Of a stretch of DNA of 64,000 bases, positions 1 to 10,559 are shown piece after piece. The notes under the pieces are model-generated. The model did no database searches. It saw only the letters and a list, made by a program, of their open reading frames with translations, and had not been told where the DNA came from. This DNA is from Sminthopsis crassicaudata (Eukaryota), in assembly GCF_048593235.1 (NCBI RefSeq), contig NC_133617.1, positions 673,424,958 to 673,488,957 of the forward strand, written 5' to 3'. Each line of letters starts with the position of its first letter. Positions within the stretch are counted from its first letter, which is position 1. The position numbers were made by a program, and so were the translations under genes.

Positions 1-245
1 ACCCCTTTGTGATGAGGCGCTTGAACCAGATGACCTTTGAAGGTCTCTTCCAGCTCTAAATCAGTAATCCTGTGAGCAAATGAAATGTGTGTGGAAAAGT
101 TTGCAAACCTTAAAGATCTGTACAAATCTCAGCTATTATAAATTATAAATGAATCCTAGTGTCAAGACCTGGAGAAGCAAAGAAATGAGGCACATGAGGC
201 TAGAAGGAAAGGGCATCTGTGCATTTTTTTTGTCTCGGTTTGCTC

Positions 246-436
246 TTTTTTTTTTTTAAGCTTTTTATTGTTCAAAACATGCACGGACAATTCTTCAACA
301 TTAGCCCTTGCAAAACCTTGTGTTCCAATTCCTCCCCCTTTACTCACACCCCCTCCCCTAGGTGGCAAGTAGTCCAATATATGTTAAACATGGCAGAAAT
401 ATTTGTTAAATCCAATACACATATATTTATGCAGTT
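246..436 (-). mobile_element. L1 3' UTR fragment
   Basis: Poly-T followed by the reverse complement of the L1 3' UTR seen elsewhere in the window (e.g. near 8030-8270); boundaries approximate. Confidence 0.7.
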
Positions 437-819
437 ACCGAGCTGGTGCACAAGTCTTTAGGAAGGTTCTGAGGATACCAGAAACACTGAGTGAGGGAGA
501 GATCTCAGGCTGAGATGCTTGGGAAAGCATCTCTTGTTCTGGGCCTTAAAGGCTGGAGGGAATTGACCAAGAAAGGTTTGGTCCCGAGGTATGCTCACAG
601 AGGGGGATGCTCTAGCACCTGGGTTAGATGGGAACCAGGGATTAAGGACAGGAGAGCAATGAAGAAGCACAGAGCAGCCCCAGAATTCAGCACCTCCAAA
701 TGGAAAGTTCCCCAGACCAGACAGGAAGGGTGAGAAGAACCAACTAGAGGGGATGTTCTTCCCAGAATGCCAGAGTTGGAAGGGCCCATTAAAGAAAATC
801 GAGCTCAAATTCAGCAAGT

Positions 820-1745
820 ATTAAGTGCCTACTGTGTGCAAAGCACCACACCAGGCCTTAGGAGAGAGAGTAGGCAAGAAATAGTACTGTAACTCAGAGT
901 TTGGTTATAAAGCTCAAAGAGCTTAAATTCTACTGGAGCAGAGGAGATGCATACACAAGGAAGTAAATAAATTAAATAGTTATTTGGGTGGGGATGAGGG
1001 GATAACTAATAACTGGGGAAAGGATCAGAAATAGCTTTAGGTAGAAAGCTGCATCTGAGCTCAACTTTGGAGAGTCAGGGATTCCAAGAAATAAAGCTGA
1101 GGGGGGAGAATGTCCCAATCATGGCAAACAATCTGTGCCAAAGTATGGAGGTGGGAGATAGGCTGCTCTTTATGGGGAACGATAAACAGTCCGGTTTGTC
1201 TGGAACATAAGTTTCATGAGTGGGAATAACTTGAAATAATTCTGAAAAGATAGACATACTGTAAGGGTCTTTAAATGTCAAACAGAGGAGTTTGTATCTT
1301 ATTCTAGAGAAGATGGAGATGTACTGAGACTTCTTGACATTACCAGACCTGTGCTTTAGAAATATCAATTTGACAGCTGGGGAGAGGCTGGACTGGGGAG
1401 AGGAGAGACTGGAAGCAGGAAGATCAATTAAGGAGGCTTTTGGTGTAGCCTAAGAGAGGGATAAAAGTCTGAACTGGCATGTGAGTGGAGAGAAGAGGTC
1501 AGATGTGAGAGATCGATCCATCAGTAAACAAGTATTAAGTACCAAGATCTGGAAGCTGATTGGACAGGGGACATGAGGCAAACCCAAGAGTAGATAATAA
1601 CTGCAAGGTGGTGAACTTGAAAGATTTGGAAGGATAACAGCACCCTTGATAGACATAATAGGAGGAGTGGATGGATATAGAGAGAAAGATATATTCTGTT
1701 TTGAACACATTGAGTTTAAGATGCCCATGGGATGGTGCAAGTTAC
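820..1745 (+). mobile_element. Degenerate L2 LINE fragments
   Basis: L2-like 3' motifs (caagtattaagtgcctactgtgtgcaaagcac at ~817; gagagactggaagcaggaagatcaattaagg at ~1404); boundaries approximate. Confidence 0.55.
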
Positions 1746-3274
1746 AGTAGGAGCTAGGTTTTGGATTAGAAATATAAGGGCTGAAGGGAAAGTCAGGAAC
1801 TGTATAAGGGTGGGTCAGGACCTATATAAGTAAAACTACAAAACACTTTCCACACAAAGTCAGATCTAAGCAATTGGAAATCAATCAAGTGTTCTTGGAT
1901 AGGCCGAGCAAATATAATAATGACAATACTCCCTAAACTAATCTATTTCTTTAGTGCTATACCAATCAAACTCCCAATCAAACTTTACTGAACTAGAAAA
2001 AATAACAAAATTAATCTGGAAGAACAAAAGGTCAAGAATTTCAAGGGAACTAATGAAAAAAAAAAATCAAATGAAGGCGGCCTAGCTGTACCTGATCCTA
2101 AAACTATATTATAAAGCAGTAGTCACCAAAACCATTTAGTATTGGCTAAGAAATAGACTAGTTGATCAGTGGAATAGGTTAGCTTCACAGAACAAAATAG
2201 ACAATGACTATAGCAATCTAGTGCTTGACAAACCCAAAGATCGCAACTTTTGGGATAAGAATTCACTATCTGACAAAAACTGCTGGGAAAAATAGAAACT
2301 AATATGGCAGAAACTAAGCATGGACCCACACAGAACACCATCCACCAAGATAAGGTCAAAATGGGTTCATGATCTAGGTATAAAGAATGATATTATAAAC
2401 AAATTAGAAGAGCATAGGATGGTTTACTTCTCAGACTGTGGAGGAGGAAGGAATTTGTGACGAAAGAACTAGAGATCATTATTGATCATCAAATAGATGA
2501 TTTTGATTATATAAAGTTAAAAAGGTTTTGTATAAACAAAACTAATGCAGACAAGATTAGAAGGGAAACAAACTGGGAAAACATTTTTATATCCAAAGGA
2601 TCTGATAAAGGCCTCATTTCCAAAATATAGAGAGAATTGACTCAAATTTATAATAAATTAAGCTATTCTCCAACTGATAGTCAAAGGATATGAATAGACA
2701 ATTTTCAGATGAAATTGAAACTATTTGTAGTCACATGAAAAGGTGTTCCAAATCACTGTTGATCAGAGAAATGCAAATTAAGACAACTCTGATACCACTA
2801 CACACCTCTCAGATTGGCTAAGATGACAGGAAATGATAATGACCAATGTTGGAGAGGATGTGGGAAAACTGGGACACTGATGCATTGTTGGTGGAGTTGT
2901 GAACAGATCCAGTTATTCTGGAGAATAATTTGGAACTATGCTCAAAAAATTATCAAACTGTGCATACCCTTTGACCCAGCAGTGTTTCTAATGAATCAGT
3001 ATCTCAGAGAGTTCATAAAGGAGGGAAAGGGACCTACATGTGCAAAAATGTTTGTGGCAGCCCTTTTTGTAGTGCCTAGAGACTGAAAATTGAGTGGATG
3101 CCCATCAGCTGGAGAATGGCTGAATAAATTATGGTTTATGAATGTTATAGAATTAATAATAGTGGAATTAATTCTATATTAATAATATGAAATAAATAAA
3201 CCACAATTTATTCAGCCATTCTCCAACTGATGGATTGTTCTGTAAGTGGATTGTTCTTTAAGAAATGACCAGCA

Positions 3275-3784
3275 GATGTAAGAAATGACCAGCGGGAGGA
3301 ATACAGAGAGGCTTGGAGAGACTTACATGAACTGATGCTGTGTGAAATGAATAGAACCAGAAGATCGCTGTACACTTCAATGTTGTATGAAGATATATTC
3401 TGATGGAAGTGGATATCTTTAACATAAAGAAGATCTAACTCACTTCCAGTTGATCAATGATGGACAGAAACAACTGCACCCAGAGAAGGAACACTGGGAA
3501 GTGAATGTAAACTGTTAGCACTACTGTCTATCTACCCAGGTTACTTATACCTTAGGAATCCAATTCTTAATGTGCAACAAGAAAATTGTATTTACACACA
3601 TATATTGTATCTAGGTTATATTTTAACACATGTAAAATATATGGGATTGCCTGTCATCTAGGGGAGGGAGTGGAGGGAGGGAGGGGATAATTTGGAAAAA
3701 TGAATACAAGGGATAATGTTATAAAAAAATTACTCATGCATATATAATGTCAAAAAAATTTATAAATAAAATTAAAAAAAAAAA
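3275..3784 (+). mobile_element. Young L1 3' fragment nested in the host L1
   Basis: Flanked by a perfect 15-bp TSD aagaaatgaccagca (3260-3274 and 3785-3799) and ends in poly-A. Its 3' UTR is near-identical to the copies at 9894-10263 and 50743-51375. Confidence 0.9.
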
Positions 3785-3902
3785 AAGAAATGACCAGCAA
3801 GATGATTTCAGAGAGCCCTGGAGAGACTTACATGAACTGATGCTGAGTGAAATGAGCAGGACCAGGAGATCATTGTACATGGCAACAAGATTATATGATG
3901 AC

Positions 3903-5730
3903 AGATTTAAATAATTGGAAAGACATTCAGTGCTCTTGGATAGGCCGAGCGAATATAATTAAGATGACAATACTCCCTAAACTAATCTATTTATTTAGTG
4001 CTATACCAATCAGACTTCCAAGAAACTATTTTAGTAACATAGAAAAAATAACAACAGAATTCATATGGAACAACAAAAGGTCGAGAATTTCAAGGGAAGT
4101 AATGAAAAAAAAATTAAGTGAAGGTGGTCTAGCTGTACCTGATCTAGAACTGTATTATAAAGCAGCAGTCACCAAAACCATTTGGTATTGGCTAAGAAAT
4201 AGACTAGTTGATCAGTGGCATAGGTTAGGTTCACAGGGCAAGATAGTGAATAAAAATAGCAATCTAGTGTTTGACAAACCCAAAGATCCCAAATTTTGGG
4301 ATAAGAATTCATTATTTGACAAAAACTTCTGGGAAAACTGGAAATTAGTATGGCAGAAACTAGGCATGGACCCACATTTAACACCACATACTAAGATTAG
4401 ATCAAAATGGGTCCAAGATTTAGGCATAAAGAACGAAATCATAAATAAATTGGAGGAACATGGGATGGTTTACCTCTCAGACTTGTGGAGGAGGAAGGAG
4501 TTTGTGTCCAAGGGAGAACTAGAGACCATTATTAATCACAAAATAGAAAATTTTGATTACACCAAATTAAAAAGTTTCTGCACAAACAAAACTAATGCAA
4601 ACAAGATTAGAAGGGAAGTAACAAATTGGGAAAACATTTTTACAGTTAAAGGTTCTGATAAAGGCCTCATCTCCAAAATATACAGAGAATTGACTCTAAT
4701 TTATAAGAAATCAAGCCATTCTCCAATTGATAAATGGTCAAAGGATATGAACAGACAATTTTCAGATGATGAAATTAAAACTATTTCCGCTCATATGAAA
4801 GACTGTTCCAAATCACTATTGATCAGAGAAATGCATAATGAGATATCATTACACACCTGTCAGATTGGCTAAGATGAAAGGAACAAATAATGATGAATGT
4901 TGGAGGGGATGTGGGAAAACTGGGACACTGATGCATTGTTGGTGGAGTTGTGGAAGAATCCAGCCATTCTGGAGAGCAATCTGGAATTATGCCCAAAAAG
5001 TTATCAAAATGTGCATACCCTTTGACCCAGCAGTGTTACTACTGGGCTTATACCCCAAGGAACTACTAAAGAAGGGAAAGGGACCTGTATGTGCCAAAAT
5101 GTTTGTGGCAGCCCTTTTCATAGTGGCTAGAAGCTGGAAGATGAATGGATGTCCATCAATTGGAGAATGGTTGGGTAAACTATGGTATATGAATGTTATG
5201 GAATATTATTGTTCTGTAAGAAATGACCAACAGGAGAAATACAGAGAGGCTTGGAGAGACTTACATCAACTGATCCTGAGTGAAACGAGCAGAACCAGAA
5301 GATCATTACACACTTCAACAATGATACTGTACGAGGATGTATTCTGATGGAAGTGGATTTCTTCAACATAGAGAAGAGCTAATCCAATTCCAATTGATTA
5401 ATGATGGACAGAACCAGCTACATCCAGAAAAGGAACACTGGGAAATGAGTGTAAACTGTTATTTTTACCTTCTGAATCCAATTCTTCCTGTGCAACAAGA
5501 AATTCGGTTCTACACACATATATTGTATCTAGAATATATTGTAATATATTTAACATGTATAAGACTGCCTGCCATCTGGGGGAGGGGGTTGGGGGAGGAA
5601 GGGAAAAAATCTGAACAGAAGTAAGTGCAAGGGATAATGTTGTAAAAAATTACCCATGCATATGTACTGTCAAAAAAAAGTTATAATTATAAAATAAAAT
5701 AAAAATTAAATAAACAAAAATAAATAAATA
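3903..5730 (+). mobile_element. Young 5'-truncated L1 (ORF2 C-terminal part, one frameshift) nested in the host L1
   Basis: Perfect 16-bp TSD aagattatatgatgac (3887-3902 and 5731-5746). ORF2 is open over 3895-4872 and 4838-5347, with a small deletion near 4815-4830 shifting the frame. Contains the Cys-rich CWRGCG...HCWW motif and an A-rich tail. Confidence 0.93.
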
Positions 5731-6027
5731 AAGATTATATGATGACCAATTCTGATAGACATGGCTCTCTTCAACAATGAGAGGATTCAAATTTAAACCA
5801 GTTCCACTTGTTCAGTGATGAAGAAAGCCATCTCCACCCAGAGAGAGGACTGTGGGAACTGAGTGTGGAACACAACATAGCATTCTCACTCTCTCTGTTG
5901 TTTGCTGGAATCTTGTTCTCTTTCTCAGTTTTTCTTTTCCTTTCTTCTTGATCTGATTTTCCTTGTGCAACGAGATAACTGGAGAATAAAAAGGGCCAAA
6001 GACAGAAATCTAAAATATATCTTTGCT

Positions 6028-6183
6028 TTTTTTTTTTTTTTTTTTTTTTCCTGAGGCTGGGGTTAAGTTACTTTCCCAGGGTCACACATCTAAAAAGTGT
6101 TAAGTGTCTGAGATCAGATTTGAACTCGGGTCCTCTTGAATTCAAAGCGGGTGCTCTATCCACTGTACCACCTAGCTGCCCCC
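6028..6183 (-). mobile_element. WSINE1/MAR1-like CORE-SINE
   Basis: Poly-T plus the reverse complement of the ggggcagctaggtgg...ttaacccc SINE; 14-bp TSD with one mismatch (aatatatctttgct 6014-6027, aatatctctttgct 6184-6197). Confidence 0.85.
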
Positions 6184-8029
6184 AATATCTCTTTGCTTAA
6201 GGAGAAATATGAATGATGACCCAGCAGAAGTGACTGAGAAGGCATAGTGGGCCAAGTAGGAGATCCGAGACATTAATTTTATGAAACCTAAGGAAGAAGA
6301 GTATGTGTAAGAAGAGAGAGATTGTATCCCCCCCCTACTTAGCACAGTGTCTGGCACATAATGGGAGCTCAATAAATACTAGCTGCCTAATTAACTTATT
6401 AAGAGTATTGAAAACTGCAGAGAAGTGAAGAATGAAAGGGAATTAGCAATTTACAAAAATCATTGATGATCCTGAAGACAGCAGTTTCATTCCACTAAGT
6501 GAGTCTGGAAGCCAGATGGCAAGATTTTCAGAAGTGGGTGGGAGGTAAGGAAAGGGAAACAAAAAGTGTAGTCAGCTTTTTCTAGGCCTGTTAAGGAGAG
6601 GAAAAACACAGGGTGATAGCTTGAGGGGATGGCAGGCTTAAGTGAAGAATATTTTTTAAAATATAGAGTAGATTTGGGGCATGTTCATAGGCAGCAGAGA
6701 ATATAGAGAATAGATATTCACCACATTGTAGATAGATTTAATATTGGTAAAAGAAAATGTTCTAAATATCAAGTTCCCCACAAAGGCAGAAGAGGATAGG
6801 TCATTTAAATTATGTCCTCAGGAAACTCAGGAAAATGAGCCTTCCTGACTCCAGATCCAGGGCTCTGCACACTTCCTTACTTAGCTGCCCCCGATTTAAA
6901 CAACGACAAAATCCCCAAACAATACCCAACTCTACCATTCCATATGCGGTCCTCTTGTGTAGTAACAAAACCGGTCTATTTTGTTCCTTTTTGAACTTTT
7001 TCTTTTCTTCTGTAAATTTCCTTGATGCTGCTTTCCTTCGGCATCTCTATCACTAAGTCATCCCTCCTGAAAAAAGCTCTCACCTCATTATATGTAGAAT
7101 CAAGCAAAACTTTTCAGCACATCAGCACATCTGACAATGTCCGTCTCAAGGTGTTTCTAGCGCATCACCTGTCTGTCAAGGGATGCGTGTCCTCCTCTTC
7201 CTTAGGCTTCTGAAGTCATGATGTTCAGTGTAGACGAGATCAGTCTTTCAAGGCTGTTTTTCTTTTGTGGATCCCATGCAAACTGATCTCTGGATTCTGT
7301 ACCTTTTACTCTTCCCAAATTTCTCTGAATTTTTCCTATTTGTCATTTCTTAAGGTGTAAAACACGCTGTGACATTTCATACATTAGTTTGCTCAGCCAT
7401 TCCCCACTTGACAGGTACTCTATTTCCAATTCTTTGCCACAACAAAAAGTGCTTCTCTCTCTATTTTTGCCTAGAGGAATCTATTTCCTCTTTGAACTCT
7501 TTAGAGTACACACCTCAGTGGTGTCTCTGGCTCAGGATATGTACAGTTTAGTGACTTTTGGAGTGTAATTAATTTCATATAACTTACCAGAGTGGTTGCC
7601 TAGTTTACAATTCCACCAACAATGTACCAGCGTAGCCGTCCGACCTCCCACAAGCACTCCGATAACTGCCACTTTTCACTGTTCTTTATCTTTGCCAACC
7701 TGATGGATGAGAGAGTTTCAGATTTGGGCTGATGGGTCTTTCTTTCATGAGCAGTCATTTGGACCATCTCTTGCCGTGCTCCCTATCTCGCTGTGGGGAG
7801 CATTCACTTGCGCCGTGCTGAACACAGCCATCAGTCCGGCTGTGAGGGTCTTGTGTCTGTCTTTATCCAAAGGGAATTCCCGTAATGGGATAGCGGGGAA
7901 GGGGATGGTCCTCCTCTAGGTCTCCCGGCATTCCTTGGCTACGGGCTCTCGTTGGTTATTCTTTCTTCTGATTATTGATCCAAAAGGCGTCCACATCTCT
8001 GATGTAACACAAAACACTACACAGACTCT

Positions 8030-8330
8030 TTTTTATTGAAGTTTTTAATTTTCAAAACATATGAAAGGATAATTTTTTAACGCTGGCCCTTGAAAAAACT
8101 TGTGTTCCAATTTTCCTCTCCTAGATGGCAAGCAATCCAATATATGTTAAACATGGCAAAAATATATGTAAATCCAATAGAGGGGTGCATATTTATACAA
8201 CTGCTGCACGAGAAAAATCAAATCAGAAAGGGGGAAAGTAAGAAAGAAATGCAAGCAAGCCACAACAAAGAGAGGGAGAGTGCTTTGGGGGTCCGCCCTC
8301 AGTCCCCTCTCTGGGGGCACTGCTCAGATT
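8030..8330 (-). mobile_element. L1 3' UTR fragment, GC-shifted at its inner end
   Basis: Matches the reverse complement of the L1 3' UTR near 5860-5985 and grades into the CpG island. Confidence 0.7.
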
Positions 8331-9780
8331 CTACTGCGGTTATTAGAGGGCTCTTCAGCGCCCTCCCCCTGCGGCCGCAGCGTCCTTTGAGAGGGGCCGC
8401 TTCCTCCTGCCTGGCGCTGTTTGCCCGTGGGGGAGGACTTCTCCCCTCCGCCGTCCCCGACTCCCCCAGCCCAGTTTTCACTCCAGACTGGAGGGAAAGG
8501 AAAGGTCCCTGAGGCCGCGGGCTTCGGGGGAGCCGCTGCTGGGCCGGAACGGCAGAGGCGGCCGGACGGGGAGTGGGGAGAGCAGGGAGCGGCGGGCGCC
8601 GGCTGCGGGGCCCAGAATCTCCGTCAGTGGCCCCGGGAGCACGCGGCCCGGCCTTTTACATCCACGCCGGGGTCCCACGAGGGGCCGCCGGGCCTCTGCC
8701 CCAGACTCCCCGGGAAGGGGATCCGCGGCGGCGCGCCGCATCTCCGGGTCACTCGCTTGTGAAGAAAATTCTCTCGACATTGTGACTAAATTTTCCTCCT
8801 TGCAACTCCTTCCCAAGGGTAACGGCAATCAACACCGCGGGCCCCGACGCCAAACTGCCAGCCCGGTCAGAGCCTGAAAACGCGGGACCTCGGCGGCTGG
8901 GCCCGGAAGCAGGGACGCCCCTCCCCCTCCTAGCCCCGCCGGGCCGCTGTCCTGGGCCGCCCCCTGGCGGCCGCCGGTCACTTCTCTTCACTAGGTCCGT
9001 GCCCCGGAACGCTGACCCCGCCCCGCTCCCCGGCGCGGTCCTCCTGCCCCCAGTCTCTCCCAGTCCTCTGAGCGGGAAACCTGACCCCGACTTTACGCGG
9101 CCGAGCTTTATCATTCCTTCGTTCGCAGGAAAGCCTCTTTAGAAAACGCAACCTTGTGAGCGCCCTGGTCCCGGCTGTCAGTCATTCACCCCGACTCGGT
9201 GCTGTCTTGGGGCTTCCCCCGCCCAGTCACCCCCTTTGGCTTATTCCGCCGCACGCAGAGGCCTGCTCGTGGCTGGGTCTGGGAGACAGCTCGCGGGCGC
9301 CTCCTGCGTGAGCATTCGGGAACAAGCGGGCATGTCCGGGGGGGCAGCCCTGCACGGGAAGAAGTCATCTAATCTAAACCCCCTCACTTTCCAGCCGGGC
9401 CTATATCTCTGATCTCGTAGGAAGGTTGCCCCGGCAACAGAGGCCAGGCTGGGGCCTTTTCGGTCCCTCGGGCCAGGGCTCTCTCCGCGAGGACCCTGAA
9501 GTCCTCCTGGGAGCTGGGCGCCTAGTGGAAGAGAGCTGACCTGGGGCCGCTGGCGGCGCAGCCCCCTTACGTCTGTGAGCCCTGCTTTCCGCAGGCACGC
9601 GTCCAGTCCCTCCCACTCTCCCAACAGCAGCCGGCGTCCCCGAGAGGGCGCCGATGTCGGGGGCAGGGTAAGGAAGGACGATTGTGATGGACGTGCCTCT
9701 GCCCAGCAGCGGGGTGATTCAGGCCCCATGGTCTTGTGACGGAGGGAGCCAGAGAGGACTGCGGGCACTGAGTGTGGACC
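8300..9780. promoter_or_regulatory. Orphan CpG island
   Basis: Very high GC and CpG density against AT-rich flanks. Contains an ETS-like ccggaag (~8904) and an RFX X-box-like palindrome gttgccccggcaac (9425-9438). No recognisable coding exon. Confidence 0.75.
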
Positions 9781-9893
9781 ACGACACAGCATTCTCACTC
9801 TCTTTTGTTGCATTTTGTTCTTTCTCATTTTTTCCCCTCTTGATCTGATTTTCCTTGTGCAACAAGATAATGATATGAAAATGTATGCATGTA

Positions 9894-10297
9894 AAAGAAG
9901 ATCCAGCTCACTTCCAGTTGATCAATGATGGACAGAAACAACTACACCCAGAGAAGGAACACTGGGAAGTGAATGTAAACTGTTAGCAGTACTGTCTATC
10001 TACCCAGGTTACTTACACCTTTGGAATCTAATACTTAATGTGCAACAAGAAAGTTGGATTTACACACATATATTGTATCTAGATTATACTGTAACACATG
10101 TAAAATGTATGGGATTGCCTGTCATCTAGGGGAGGGAGTGGAGGGGGGGGGATAATTTGGAAAAATGAATACAAGGGATAATGTTATAAAAAAAATTACT
10201 CATGCATATATACTGTCAAAAAATTTATAATTATAAAATTAATAAAATAAGAAAAAAATAAAATGTACATCCCATCAAGTATGGGATACTCTTAAAA
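9894..10297 (+). mobile_element. Young L1 3' fragment with an extra 30-nt segment and second poly-A
   Basis: 16-bp TSD aaaatgtatgcatgta (9878-9893 and 10298-10313); inserted into an older L1 3' UTR (~9680-10430). Confidence 0.88.
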
Positions 10298-10559
10298 AAA
10301 ATGTATGCATGTATTGGATTTCACATATATTTTAGCATATTTAACATATAGTGGATTGCTTGCCATCTAGGTTTTTCAAGAGTCAATGTTAAAAAATTAT
10401 CCATGGTGTTTTGAAAATAAAAGACTAAAAAAAAAAAAAAGATCAGAGGACCAAAGAGAGACCCCCAAGGAACACCCACAATAAGGGATTGGGGGGGGGG
10501 AGAAGACGGTGAGATCACAAAAGAAACAAAGTATTTAGGGAGAGGAGAACCAGCATAAT

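Larger units (their letters stand above)
1821..5985 (+). mobile_element. Host L1 (5'-truncated ORF2 C-terminus plus 3' UTR), split by two nested L1 insertions into 1821-3274, 3800-3902 and 5747-5985
   Basis: Disrupted ORF2 motifs (ORF 2814-3086 reads ...CWRGCGKTGTLMHCWW...GPTCAKMFVAALF). The host sequence rejoins across both inserts once their TSDs are collapsed. Confidence 0.9.

Noticed and set aside
3895-5347. 325-aa and 169-aa ORFs as a host gene
   Set aside because: They are consecutive pieces of a frameshifted, 5'-truncated L1 ORF2.
8299-9828. Multiple 60-195 aa ORFs in the CpG island
   Set aside because: Low-complexity Gly/Arg/Pro products in all frames, expected from GC content; no splice-consistent or homologous product.
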